Source of the DNA: Dehalococcoidia bacterium
Lineage (GTDB): Bacteria > Chloroflexota > Dehalococcoidia > Bin125
Assembly: GCA_965263065.1 (NCBI GenBank)
Contig: CBDHGH010000003.1
Location: 1,564,537 to 1,628,536, forward strand
DNA length: 64,000 bases
Direction: 5' to 3'
Shown piece after piece: positions 9,583 through 18,704 of this stretch. The notes beneath the pieces were generated by a model, which was not told the origin of the DNA, made no database searches, and worked only from the letters and a program-made list of their open reading frames with translations. Positions within the stretch are counted from its first letter, which is position 1, and every line of letters starts with the position of its first letter. The position numbers were made by a program, and so were the translations under genes.

Positions 9583-10755
9583 TCACCCCACAGCGTCGCC
9601 GAACGCCCGACGCGGAAATAGCTCCCGCGGCGACCTCGCCAGCGCGTCCTGGTCCAGATCGATGCCCAGCCCCGGCCGATCCGAGAGCGTGATGTGGCTG
9701 TCCACCACCTCGAACGGCGGATCGGCGACCTCCCGGCCCCACGGCTCCAGGTTCAGGAAGTACTCCGTGATGATGAAGTTGGGCATCGTGGCGGCCGCCT
9801 GCAGCGTCGCCGCCAGGCCCACGGTCGTGCTGTTGTAGTTGTGCGGCGCGACGGCCACGAAGTAGACCTCGGCCATGGCCGCGATCTCCTTCAGCTCCAG
9901 GATGCCCCCCACGTTGCAGACATCGGGGTTGATGATGTCGGCCGCCCCGCGCTCGAAGACCTCGCGGAACTCGAACTTCGTGTACAACTCCTCGCCCGTG
10001 ACTACCGGTAGATCGATCTCCGCGCGGGCGTCGGCCAGCGCGTCGATGTTCTCGGCCAGCACCGGCTCCTCGAACCAGTACGGCCGGAACTCCTCGACCC
10101 GGCGCGCGATGCGCACCGCGTGCATCGGCGCCAGCCGGCGGTGGATCTCGAGCAGGATGTCCACGTCCGGGCCGACCGCGTCGCGCACGACCCCCACCCG
10201 CGCGACGGTCTCGTCCTCCTGCTCCCGCGTGATGAACGACCGCCAGGGGCCGGGCACCGGGTCGAACTTCAGCGCAGTGAAGCCGCGTGCGACGACCGCG
10301 CGGGCCCGCGCCGCCAGCTCCTCGGGGCTGGTCGTGCGCGCCCAGCCGTTGGCGTACACCCGCAGCCGTTTGCGCATCGCCCCGCCCAGCAGCTCGTACA
10401 CCGGCACACCCGCCCGCTTGCCGGCCAGATCCCACAGCGCCTGCTCGATCCCGCTCACCGCCGAGTAGTAGTCCATCGCCCCGCGCCGCGCCGCGAAATC
10501 GTTGTAGGCGGCGTCGGTGAACGGCTTGATGCGGCGCGCGTCCCACCCCACGACGTAGCGCTCCAACTGCTGCAGGTGCGCCTCGATCTGGATGTCGCGG
10601 TCGGCCTGCGTGTAGCACTCGCCCCAGCCGTGCCGCCCGTCCTCCGTCTCCAGCCGGACGAAGAGCAGGTTCTTGGCGGCCGTGTAGATGTCCGGGATCG
10701 CGGCCGGATCGACATCGGGCTTGACGAGGAAGCTGCGGAAATCGGTGATGCGCAC
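9583..10755 (-). CDS. Mandelate racemase/muconate lactonizing enzyme family (galactonate dehydratase-like)
   Basis: GIEQALWDLAGK, KFD, EIH, WFEEP, TGE and APHN motifs; GTG start behind GGAGG. Confidence 0.88.
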   Translation of the reverse strand: MRITDFRSFLVKPDVDPAAIPDIYTAAKNLLFVRLETEDGRHGWGECYTQADRDIQIEAHLQQLERYVVGWDARRIKPFTDAAYNDFAARRGAMDYYSAVSGIEQALWDLAGKRAGVPVYELLGGAMRKRLRVYANGWARTTSPEELAARARAVVARGFTALKFDPVPGPWRSFITREQEDETVARVGVVRDAVGPDVDILLEIHRRLAPMHAVRIARRVEEFRPYWFEEPVLAENIDALADARAEIDLPVVTGEELYTKFEFREVFERGAADIINPDVCNVGGILELKEIAAMAEVYFVAVAPHNYNSTTVGLAATLQAAATMPNFIITEYFLNLEPWGREVADPPFEVVDSHITLSDRPGLGIDLDQDALARSPRELFPRRAFGDAVG

Positions 10756-10884
10756 GAGGCCCTCCTGGCTGGCGATTGGGTGCGGTCGGCGCCCTCGGCA
10801 ATCGTAGGCCACGATGCCCCCCGGTTCCCCCAACGCCCTCGACCCCCGACAATTGGCCGACCACCACCGCGAACGGAGACCCCC

Positions 10885-11667
10885 ATGTCCGAATCCCTGC
10901 ACGACCGCATCGCCCTCATCACCGGCGGCGGCACCGGCATCGGCCGCGCCACGGCCGAGATGATGGCCGCCCAGGGTGCGACCGTCGTCGTCGCCGGGCG
11001 CCGCCAGGCCCCCCTCGACGAGGTCGTCGCCGCCATCGCCGCGGCCGGCGGCGCCCCCGCGGCCGCCATCACCGCCGACCTCGCCGACCCCGACTCGGCC
11101 GCCCAACTCGCCCACGCCGTGCTGGCGCTCCACGGCCGCTGCGACATCGTCGTCAACAACGCCGGCTTCTCCTCGAAAGTCCGCAACCCCCGCTACATCG
11201 GCGCCGACGAATGGCGCGCCGTCATGGACGTCAACACCACGGGCCCCCTCGTCCTCACCCGTGAACTGCTGCCCGGCATGATCGAGCGCGGCTACGGCGA
11301 CGTCGTCCTCGTCTCCTCGATGGCCGGCCTGCGCCCCGGCATCATGCCCGGCGTCGCCTACTCCGCCGCCAAGACCGCCGCCAAGATCTACATGGACGTG
11401 CTTCGCGAGGAGGTCCGCGGCTTCGGCGTCCGCTGCACCACCGTCTACCCCGGCGAGGTCGATACCCCCATCCTCGACAACCGCCCCCTGCCACCGGGCC
11501 CGGCCGAGCGCGCCATCATGATGCAGTCCGAGGACATCGCCGAGACCATCCTGCTCGCCTGCACGCTGCCCCGCCGCGCCACCATCCTCGACCTCACCAT
11601 CGGCGCCACCCAGCCCCGCGACTTCACCGCCGACAACGCCGCCTCCCGCGAGAAGCGCACCGCTTAG
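10885..11667 (+). CDS. SDR family oxidoreductase
   Basis: TGGGTGIG, NNAG, YSAAK. Confidence 0.9.
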   Translation: MSESLHDRIALITGGGTGIGRATAEMMAAQGATVVVAGRRQAPLDEVVAAIAAAGGAPAAAITADLADPDSAAQLAHAVLALHGRCDIVVNNAGFSSKVRNPRYIGADEWRAVMDVNTTGPLVLTRELLPGMIERGYGDVVLVSSMAGLRPGIMPGVAYSAAKTAAKIYMDVLREEVRGFGVRCTTVYPGEVDTPILDNRPLPPGPAERAIMMQSEDIAETILLACTLPRRATILDLTIGATQPRDFTADNAASREKRTA

Positions 11668-11678
11668 GTCGGCTCGGG

Positions 11679-12656
11679 CTACGCGCAGGCCGGGTCGTCG
11701 GACGACCAGCGGTTGTACGACGGGTCGTCCGCCGCCGCCAGCCGATCGCGCGCCGCCCGCCACGACTCCTCCCAGGCCACCGGATCGTGCAACTCCGACA
11801 CCGGGTTTGCCCGGCTCCGCGCCACGAAGCCCGGGAAGGTAGGCCGGCCCGTCGGCTGGCCGATCGGCTGGTAGCGCAGGTCCAGGCTCCAGCGGATCTC
11901 GTCGCTCACGTTCGGCAGGGCGGAGTGCACCGTGCGGCGATGCAGAAACAGCACATCGCCCGCCCGCATCGGCAGCGCCCGCGCCGACTCCTCATCGAAC
12001 AGGGTGCCGGGAATCTGCAGGCCCACCGGCATGCCCGGCCGCCCGGTGCAGTGCGTCAGGACTTCGCCCCGGTGCGACGACGGCGTCACCTGCAGGCAGC
12101 CGTTCTCGACGCCCGCATCGCGCAGCGGGAACCAGACCGTAAGCATCTCCGTGTCGTCCGCCTCCTCCGTGACCACGCCGCTGTCCTGATGCCACGGCGT
12201 CGCGCCGAAGATCACGTCGCCCGCCTCCGTCCGCGGGCAGTCGCGCTCCGGCACCTTGATGCGCACATGCTGCACCGGGTTCGAGTAGATCTCCGGCCCG
12301 ATCACCGACTCCACCGCGTCGAGCAGCGGCGGCGCCGTCAGCGTGCCGAAGACCGCCGGGCCGGCCCAGAACGGCGTGTCGGCCCGAACGTCCTTCTGGG
12401 GCAGCGAGAAGTCGAAGTACTGGTGGTGGACGGCGCCGCTCTCGGCGTAGATCCGCGTCACGCGCGGTCCGAAGGGCAACTCCTCGTACGCCGACTCGAT
12501 CGACCCCGCCGCCACCAGGTCCCGCGCCAGCCGGTCGAGGACGCCGTGGTACTCCGCCGTGATCGGCCCCAGGTGCTCCTCGGGGTCCAGCAGCCCCTCC
12601 ACGACCACGTAGCCGTACGTGTCGAGGTGGTCCAGTTGCGTGCTCGTCAGCGGCAT
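11679..12656 (-). CDS. Phytanoyl-CoA dioxygenase (PhyH) family Fe(II)/2OG oxygenase
   Basis: PWHQD, ENGCL, SH, TVHSA and RWS motifs. Confidence 0.88.
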   Translation of the reverse strand: MPLTSTQLDHLDTYGYVVVEGLLDPEEHLGPITAEYHGVLDRLARDLVAAGSIESAYEELPFGPRVTRIYAESGAVHHQYFDFSLPQKDVRADTPFWAGPAVFGTLTAPPLLDAVESVIGPEIYSNPVQHVRIKVPERDCPRTEAGDVIFGATPWHQDSGVVTEEADDTEMLTVWFPLRDAGVENGCLQVTPSSHRGEVLTHCTGRPGMPVGLQIPGTLFDEESARALPMRAGDVLFLHRRTVHSALPNVSDEIRWSLDLRYQPIGQPTGRPTFPGFVARSRANPVSELHDPVAWEESWRAARDRLAAADDPSYNRWSSDDPACA

Positions 12657-12795
12657 GGCGTCCCCCCTTCGCGTCGTGCCGGTGCGCGGATTCTACCGGG
12701 CGCCGCCCTGCGATGCTAGCCCCCCGCCCCCAGTTTCGCACGTAGCTTGAGACCGCGGGCCCGCGCCCCGCCCGCGCGGCGCATCGGATTGTTAA

Positions 12796-12845
12796 CGCCG
12801 CTAATCAAGGACATTAGGCGGCCTTGCGGTCCCAGATTAGCGGCG
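12796..12845. promoter_or_regulatory. Nested inverted repeats upstream of bfd-bfr (candidate metalloregulator operator)
   Basis: cgccgctaatc (12796-12806) and gattagcggcg (12835-12845) form a perfect 11-bp IR around caagg...ccttg; locally AT-rich. Confidence 0.4.
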
Positions 12846-13102
12846 CTATTCTGCCAGCACCCGGGTTCCCTGCCCGGGCCGCACGAGGGCGTTCCAGTGC
12901 TCCGCATCTCCCTCCCCTCGCTGAGCCGAGTCGCCTGGCTGCGCGGCGTCCCGCCCTCGCGCAGCCTGCCGGCCGCCGACGTCGTCGCGAACGGGCTCGC
13001 GCCCCGCAGCCGCCGCGGCCGGGGCCCCAGCTACCCCGACGCGCTCCTCGCCCGCTCCCTGCGGCACGCGCGCCGGCGCTCGCCCGAGCAGGACGGCTAG
13101 CC

Positions 13103-13387
13103 GTGTACGCCTGCGTCTGCAAGTCGCTCACCGAGGCCGACATCCGGCGCGAGGCGATCCGCGTCCAGTTCCGCCGCGGCGCCCTCGTGCGCGGCCTCCG
13201 CCTCGACGACGAGAGTTGCTGCGGCCGCTGCCTGTCCGAACTCGACCGTTTGCTTGCGTCATGCTGCGCTGGCCGTCAGAATCCCCACGAGCCCGCCGAT
13301 CGGGTCGCTGCACGAGAGGGGGCCGGCCAATGGAGGCGAAGCCCGGCGTTCTCGAACGCCTCAATGAACTGCTCACCATCGAGCTGA
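13103..13387 (+). CDS. bfd: Bacterioferritin-associated ferredoxin (2Fe-2S)
   Basis: GTG-YACVC...CCGRC motif directly upstream of bfr; hidden inside ORF 12824-13387. Confidence 0.75.
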   Translation: MYACVCKSLTEADIRREAIRVQFRRGALVRGLRLDDESCCGRCLSELDRLLASCCAGRQNPHEPADRVAAREGAGQWRRSPAFSNASMNCSPSS

Positions 13388-13806
13388 CCGCGATCAACCA
13401 GTACTTCGTCCAGTCGCACATGATGCGCGACTGGGGATACGACGCCCTGCACAAGAAGCTGTGGGAGTTCAGCCGCGCCGAAATGGACGACGCCCAGGAG
13501 CTCGTCGAACACATCCTCTACCTCGAGGGCCTGCCCAACGTGCAGCGGCTGAACCTCGTCCGCATCGGCGAGACGCCGCTGGAGTGCCTCGAACTCGACC
13601 TCACCTCCGAGCGCGAAGCCGTCGAGGCGCTGCGCGGCGTCATCGCCCACTGCCAGGAGGTGGGCGACTTCACCTCCCGGGGCAAGGCCGAGGAGATGAT
13701 CGCCGACGAGGAAACCCACGTCGACTGGCTGGAGACGCAGTTGGAGACCGTCCGCCAGATCGGCATTGAGCGCTACCTCGCCGAGCACGTGCACGAGGAG
13801 GGCTGA
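13330..13806 (+). CDS. bfr: Bacterioferritin
   Basis: 158 aa; ELTAINQYF, ILYLEGLPN, DEETHVDWLE; haem-ligand Met52 retained. Confidence 0.95.
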   Translation: MEAKPGVLERLNELLTIELTAINQYFVQSHMMRDWGYDALHKKLWEFSRAEMDDAQELVEHILYLEGLPNVQRLNLVRIGETPLECLELDLTSEREAVEALRGVIAHCQEVGDFTSRGKAEEMIADEETHVDWLETQLETVRQIGIERYLAEHVHEEG

Positions 13807-13852
13807 CGGCGGCGCTCCGCGCCCGGCCGATCGGCTCCGCCCGGAGCCCGGC

Positions 13853-14365
13853 CTATTGCTGCGAGAGTTCCGGAAGGTCGGGATCGGGCCGGTTGAACGG
13901 CCGGAATCCCGTGAGGTCGATGCCCGAGATCGCCGGCCGGAAGGCGGCGAGCGGATCGGCCCCCGCCTCGGCGTCGGCGGCCTGCTTGACCGGCGGCGCT
14001 CCCTGGACGTGAAACCGCAGCCGCCAGCGCAGCCCGATCAGCAGCGCGGCCGTGCAGGCGATCGGCAGCTCCGCTCCGCCCGCGCAGCACAGACCCGCGC
14101 CGATCACCTGGCGATCACCCTCGCGCCGCACCTCGATTCGCACGGCCTCCGGCTCCTCCCCGAAGAGGCGCAGCGTGTTCCGCAACCCCTCGGCGAGCAG
14201 CTCCGCCGGCGTGCGCAGGCGCGGGTCCGCTGGGATCAGCTCCCGCGCGTCGCTCGCGCTCAGGGGGATGCGCACTTCGCCCTTGCCCTGCACCGCGGCC
14301 AGCACGAACCAGCCATGGTCACCCTGCTCGCACGGCTCGATCCCGGCGAATCGATACTCCCGCAC
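13853..14365 (-). CDS. Hypothetical protein, possibly a remote bifunctional-nuclease (DUF151)-like fold
   Basis: GTG start behind GGAGGTG; loose resemblance in pattern (VRIPLSASDA...TPAELL...ALLIGLR). Confidence 0.5.
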   Translation of the reverse strand: MREYRFAGIEPCEQGDHGWFVLAAVQGKGEVRIPLSASDARELIPADPRLRTPAELLAEGLRNTLRLFGEEPEAVRIEVRREGDRQVIGAGLCCAGGAELPIACTAALLIGLRWRLRFHVQGAPPVKQAADAEAGADPLAAFRPAISGIDLTGFRPFNRPDPDLPELSQQ

Positions 14366-14459
14366 GGTCGCACCTCCGACTCCCCGCCCCACGAAGTTAA
14401 GTGCGATTAATGTAGGGGAGTTACTGCCACTACGCCAGTCGGGGCGGCACCGCCGGCCG

Positions 14460-15509
14460 CTACTCGGCCCAGGGGTCGATCATCACCTTGGTGCCCGGGC
14501 CCCCGAAGGTCGTCTCGTACGCCGTGGCCGCGTCATCGATGCCGAAGCGGTGCGTGATCAGCCGCTCGACGGGCAGGCCCTCCCGCACGAGGTCGAACAA
14601 CTCCAGCACCTGGTCCGGGGTGACGCACCAGCTGGAGATCAGCGTCATCTCCTTCAGCAGCAGCTGATCCAGAACCCGCACCGGCGTCGCCCTGCCGACC
14701 GGAGGGTCCGCCCCGGGCTCATACTTCAGGCCCAGGAAGCCCACCGCCCCGCCGCCCCGCGTGGCGTCGAGACACAGATTTTGCGGTTCCGGGTAGCCCG
14801 TGAAGTCGATCGCCTTGTCCACGCCCTGCCCGCCGGTCAGTTCCATGACCCGCTCCAGCGCGTCCTCGCGCGTGGGGTTGATCGCGTAATCCACCCCGAA
14901 GTTGGGCGCGCGGTCCAGACGCGCGTCGTTCACCTCGGTCGCGATGATGCGCGCCCCCAGCCTGCGGCACAGCATCGAGGCGGAGGCGCCCAGCGGCCCC
15001 AGTCCCGTGATCAGCACCGTGTCGAACCCGTTCACGCCCAGCCGCCGGATGCCGCGGTACGGCGTCCCCACACAGTCGACCAGCAGCGCCCCCTGCTCGA
15101 AGGAGATGTCGTCGGGCAACTCGATGCAGCAGTCCTCCCGGCGCAGCGCGAACTGCGCGTGCGCGCCGATGACGCCCTCGGGCCGGGGGCCCAGGTTCTG
15201 GCATCGCAGCCACACGCCGCGATAGCAGTTCGCGCACTTGCCGCAGCGATCGCCGAGGTCTGGATAGATGGCGACGCGGGCCCCCTCCTTGAGGCGGGAG
15301 CCGGGGGCGGTCTTCCACACGATTCCCGTCGCTTCGTGTCCCCCGTTCCGCATGCCCCCAAGTGCGGTCAGGTCGGTGTACATAGCGAGTTCCGTACCGC
15401 AGATCGTCGAGCTGATCACCTTGATCACCACGAAATCGTCGGACGGCTCCGGCTCGGGCGTCTCCTCCACGCTCACCCGTCGATCTCCGTGGAACTGCAC
15501 GATCTTCAT
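14460..15509 (-). CDS. Zinc-binding alcohol dehydrogenase (MDR family)
   Basis: ICGTE, GHE, CGKCANC...C, GLGPLG. Confidence 0.9.
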   Translation of the reverse strand: MKIVQFHGDRRVSVEETPEPEPSDDFVVIKVISSTICGTELAMYTDLTALGGMRNGGHEATGIVWKTAPGSRLKEGARVAIYPDLGDRCGKCANCYRGVWLRCQNLGPRPEGVIGAHAQFALRREDCCIELPDDISFEQGALLVDCVGTPYRGIRRLGVNGFDTVLITGLGPLGASASMLCRRLGARIIATEVNDARLDRAPNFGVDYAINPTREDALERVMELTGGQGVDKAIDFTGYPEPQNLCLDATRGGGAVGFLGLKYEPGADPPVGRATPVRVLDQLLLKEMTLISSWCVTPDQVLELFDLVREGLPVERLITHRFGIDDAATAYETTFGGPGTKVMIDPWAE

Positions 15510-15614
15510 GGCGGTCTCCTCTCTCGCGTAGTGTGCGGCCGTGCTGGTTGTCGCTGCCGGCCGAGCCACGCGCACTGTAGCAGCCGCCCCTTGTGTTCCG
15601 CTCAGCGACGCACG

Positions 15615-17345
15615 CTAGCCGGACCCTTCGACTTCCACAGTCACGATGTCGATGTTGTGGTACTTGCGATGCTGCACGGACGACGCGTAGTGCCGAAGCA
15701 GCAGGAACGAGATCTCCCGCTCGTCCTCGATCGTGGGCTCCTCGTCCAGATACGCCAGCCTGTCCTCAAGGTTCTCCTCGTCGGAAGCTGCCATGAACTC
15801 CAGCGTGATCTTCCCAGTGCTGCGGCCTGCCCGGACCACCAAGCGCTGGCTTGCGCCCGTCGCGCCGTGGTCCTCTTCGGGCAGCAGGCTCGTCAGGGTC
15901 TCCTCACCGGCGGCGCGCAGTCTGTCTGTCGATGCCTCGTCCCAGTTGCTCTTCGCGGCGACCCCGCACAGGAACCCGTCGATCTCGGGCAGCGAGGAGG
16001 GATCCAGCCGCGTATTCAGGCGCTGCCGTCGTGGGGTGGTCAGGTCCATCAGCACGGACAGCAGAATCACGGAGACGGCGCCGGTGGTCATGCCGTTGCT
16101 GAGCAGCGTCTCCCACGTCCCCGACAAGAGGTTCGGGAAGATCGCGTGATTCTGGAACCCGATGCCGATCCACAGGGACACGCCGACGATCGTCGCCTTG
16201 CGCGCGTCCACGCCGTCCTGGACCACGGTCCGCATCCCCTGCACGAACAGGAGCGCCAGCATCACCATGACGTATGCGACGAACACCGGGCGAGGGATCG
16301 CGATCAGGAGCGCCGTGAGCTTGGGCAAGAACGCCACCACGATCAAGATCGCGCCGCCGTAGACTCCCATGCGACGCGCGGCGACGCCGGTGAGGATGAC
16401 CCGTGCCGAATTCGATGCGCCAATGCTGTTCGGCAACGTGCCCAAGAGCGCGGCGACCAGCTTCGTCAACGCGACCAGATTGTGCGCGCCCTGCACGACG
16501 CGGAAGTCGGCTGCGCGCGGCCTGCGCCACGCGACCTGCTGGATCGCCACGGTATCGCTAATGGAGTTGATCGTGATGGCCAGCGAAACGACGACGAAGC
16601 CCGGCAGGAGCGCCCAGAAAGCCGCGCCCAGACTCAGGTCGAATCCTGGCCAGACGACCGGCGGAATTCCGACCCAAGCCGCCTCCCGCACGAGCCCAAG
16701 GTCGAACAGACCGAGCGGCGCTGCCGCGGCGCAACCCGCGAGGATCCCGATGATCGGCGCCCACTGCAGCAAGGCCGCTGAGGCGTACAGCCGCAGGGCG
16801 ATGAGGGCGAGCAACGTCACGGCGAACGCGATCGGCGCCGCGGCTTCAGGCGCGCCGTCGGGCGCGTCCGCCAGCCGGCCCAACAGCACCGACAGGACGG
16901 TGATGGCCAGCAACATGAGCACCGTGCCCGTGACCATTGGCGTGATGATCCGGCGCAGCAGCGACAGCCGCGCGATCAGGGCGAACTCGATCAGGGCGGA
17001 CGCGACGATCAGGCTGGACAGCATCGCCGGCCCACCCTCCAGCAGCGCGGCGACGCAGACCGGGATGAACGCGGTGAGGCTGATCACGCTGAGCGGATAT
17101 CCCGACCCAAACCGCCCGACGCGGACCGTCTGCAGAATGGCGCCCAGGCCGCAGACCGCGAGAGCCGCGAAGAATATCCACGCCAGGTAGCTGTCGGGTT
17201 GCCCGCCCGCCCGCGCAACGATCGCCGTCGTGGCGGCCAGCGCGGCCAGCCGGCCCGCGACGTTCTGAAAGCCGTGACCCAGGGACGCCAGATGCGGCGG
17301 CGCCTCATCCGGCTGATAGAGGAGGTCTTCGTTTACCTGGGCCAC
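15615..17345 (-). CDS. NCS2 (xanthine/uracil) permease with C-terminal soluble domain
   Basis: About 13 TMs; LQTVRVGRFGSG, RRIITPMVTG, NCS2 signature-like region SNSARVILTG..ARR; ~140-aa tail. Confidence 0.85.
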   Translation of the reverse strand: MAQVNEDLLYQPDEAPPHLASLGHGFQNVAGRLAALAATTAIVARAGGQPDSYLAWIFFAALAVCGLGAILQTVRVGRFGSGYPLSVISLTAFIPVCVAALLEGGPAMLSSLIVASALIEFALIARLSLLRRIITPMVTGTVLMLLAITVLSVLLGRLADAPDGAPEAAAPIAFAVTLLALIALRLYASAALLQWAPIIGILAGCAAAAPLGLFDLGLVREAAWVGIPPVVWPGFDLSLGAAFWALLPGFVVVSLAITINSISDTVAIQQVAWRRPRAADFRVVQGAHNLVALTKLVAALLGTLPNSIGASNSARVILTGVAARRMGVYGGAILIVVAFLPKLTALLIAIPRPVFVAYVMVMLALLFVQGMRTVVQDGVDARKATIVGVSLWIGIGFQNHAIFPNLLSGTWETLLSNGMTTGAVSVILLSVLMDLTTPRRQRLNTRLDPSSLPEIDGFLCGVAAKSNWDEASTDRLRAAGEETLTSLLPEEDHGATGASQRLVVRAGRSTGKITLEFMAASDEENLEDRLAYLDEEPTIEDEREISFLLLRHYASSVQHRKYHNIDIVTVEVEGSG

Positions 17346-17374
17346 GATTGGAGCCCGCCTACGCCGCCCGCCAG

Positions 17375-17485
17375 CTAGCGGCCGGCTTCGTCACACGCCT
17401 GGCGGACTGCTTGCGGAGACATCGGGCGCGCTTCGCCGATCATCACCGCGTCGGCGGCGCCCGAGACTTGCTGCCCGTCAGTCAC
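17375..17485 (-). CDS. Putative 36-aa leader ORF upstream of the NCS2 permease
   Basis: GGGGGAG RBS, GTG start, MTDGQQVSGAADAVMIGEARPMSPQAVRQACDEAGR*; downstream of TATACT at 17561-17566. Confidence 0.25.
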   Translation of the reverse strand: MTDGQQVSGAADAVMIGEARPMSPQAVRQACDEAGR

Positions 17486-17566
17486 GGCGCTCCCCCTGCG
17501 TTCCACATGGTCGAGTCTCGGATTCCGCACTGGATGCGGTGAGCCTGCATCGCGCGTCCGAGTATA

Positions 17567-17589
17567 ACGGGGCGCCGCGGGCGCCCCGT
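17567..17589 (-). terminator. Hairpin directly after the Mo-oxidoreductase stop codon
   Basis: acggggcgcc-gcg-ggcgccccgt followed by TTATACT on minus. Confidence 0.45.
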
Positions 17590-18629
17590 CACTGCAGCGG
17601 CAGCGGCGGCTGCCACCACGCCGGCCGATCGCTGACCTCCATCGACGTCACCCACTTGACCCAGTGGTAGCCCCGCTTGCCCGGCGCGATGAGCCGCACG
17701 GGGAACCCGTGCGACGCCGACAGCGCCTCCCCGCCCACGTGCGTCGCGAGGAGCAGCCGATCGGCGTGCGACAGCGGGAAGCGACGGTCGTAGCCCGTCG
17801 CGGACTGGAAGACCAGGCTGCGCGCCTCCGGGCCCGGCCGCGCCCGCCGCAGCAGGTCCGCGACGGACACGCCCGACCAATCCTGCTCGGTGTACCAGCC
17901 GCCCGTGCAGTCGAGGATCGCGCGCCCCTGCTCGGCGACCGCCAGCTCGTCGTAGGACAGGCTCAGCTCGTCCCCGACAGTGCCGTGTACCCGCAGCCGC
18001 CACGCATCGGGGTCGATCTGCTGGCGGCTGTCGCTGAGCCAGTTGGTCGTGCGATGCGCGTTGCCCTCGAAGCTGTCCTGCTCGACGGAGCCGGTGAAGC
18101 GCCGTCGCGCGCCGGGCAGCGAGATCAGGCCGGACGAGAACTCCACGCCCTGCCAGGCGATGAGCCCCGCGCCGAAGACCGCAGCGCTGCGCAGCGCGGC
18201 CCGCCGGCTGGCGAAGTCGCGCGCGCGGGTGCGGGGCCAGCGGGCCAGCAGGTGGACGACGACGAACGGCAGCAGGAGCAGCGCCAGCAGGACGTGGAAG
18301 GTGAGGCCGCTGATGCGCCCGTAGAGCGGCAGCGCGATGTTGGGTAGCCCGATCGTCGACCACAGCAGCCCCGTCAGCAGCGTGGCCAGGAAGATGATGA
18401 GGAGCAGGGCCGGCGCCAGGGCCCAGACGCCGCTCCCCCGGCGCGCGAAGGAGCGCCGGATGATGCGCCACTTCCAGGCCAGCACCACCAGCAGCGTGAA
18501 GCCGCCCAGGCTGTGCAGCCAGAAGACCCAGCGCCCATCGGGCGCGCCGACGAGGAACGAACTGAGGCCCGACGCCCCCTCAAGCAGGAGGAGCGCCAGG
18601 ATCGTGAGGTTGGTTGCGCGCGCGCTCAT
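17589..18629 (-). CDS. Polytopic membrane molybdopterin oxidoreductase (sulfite oxidase/MsrP-like domain)
   Basis: 4 TMs with His residues, SRRAAL before a 5th TM, then LDCTGGW, WSGV, HGFPVRL and WVKW. Confidence 0.85.
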   Translation of the reverse strand: MSARATNLTILALLLLEGASGLSSFLVGAPDGRWVFWLHSLGGFTLLVVLAWKWRIIRRSFARRGSGVWALAPALLLIIFLATLLTGLLWSTIGLPNIALPLYGRISGLTFHVLLALLLLPFVVVHLLARWPRTRARDFASRRAALRSAAVFGAGLIAWQGVEFSSGLISLPGARRRFTGSVEQDSFEGNAHRTTNWLSDSRQQIDPDAWRLRVHGTVGDELSLSYDELAVAEQGRAILDCTGGWYTEQDWSGVSVADLLRRARPGPEARSLVFQSATGYDRRFPLSHADRLLLATHVGGEALSASHGFPVRLIAPGKRGYHWVKWVTSMEVSDRPAWWQPPLPLQ

Positions 18630-18704
18630 GAGGTCCTGCCGGCGGTGTACGCAAGGATACGCCCCGGCCCGCCGCTTCGGATGGGGCGGCGGGGCGCGCG
18701 GCGC

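Noticed and set aside
11679-12656. PhyH-family protein as a third (Fe/2OG) halogenase
   Set aside because: It keeps the HxD...H triad (HQD); halogenases replace the Asp with Gly or Ala.
12897-13100. Small Arg/Pro-rich ORF upstream of bfd
   Set aside because: It has a possible RBS and is in operon position, but has no motif and the composition of a GC shadow ORF; not supportable.
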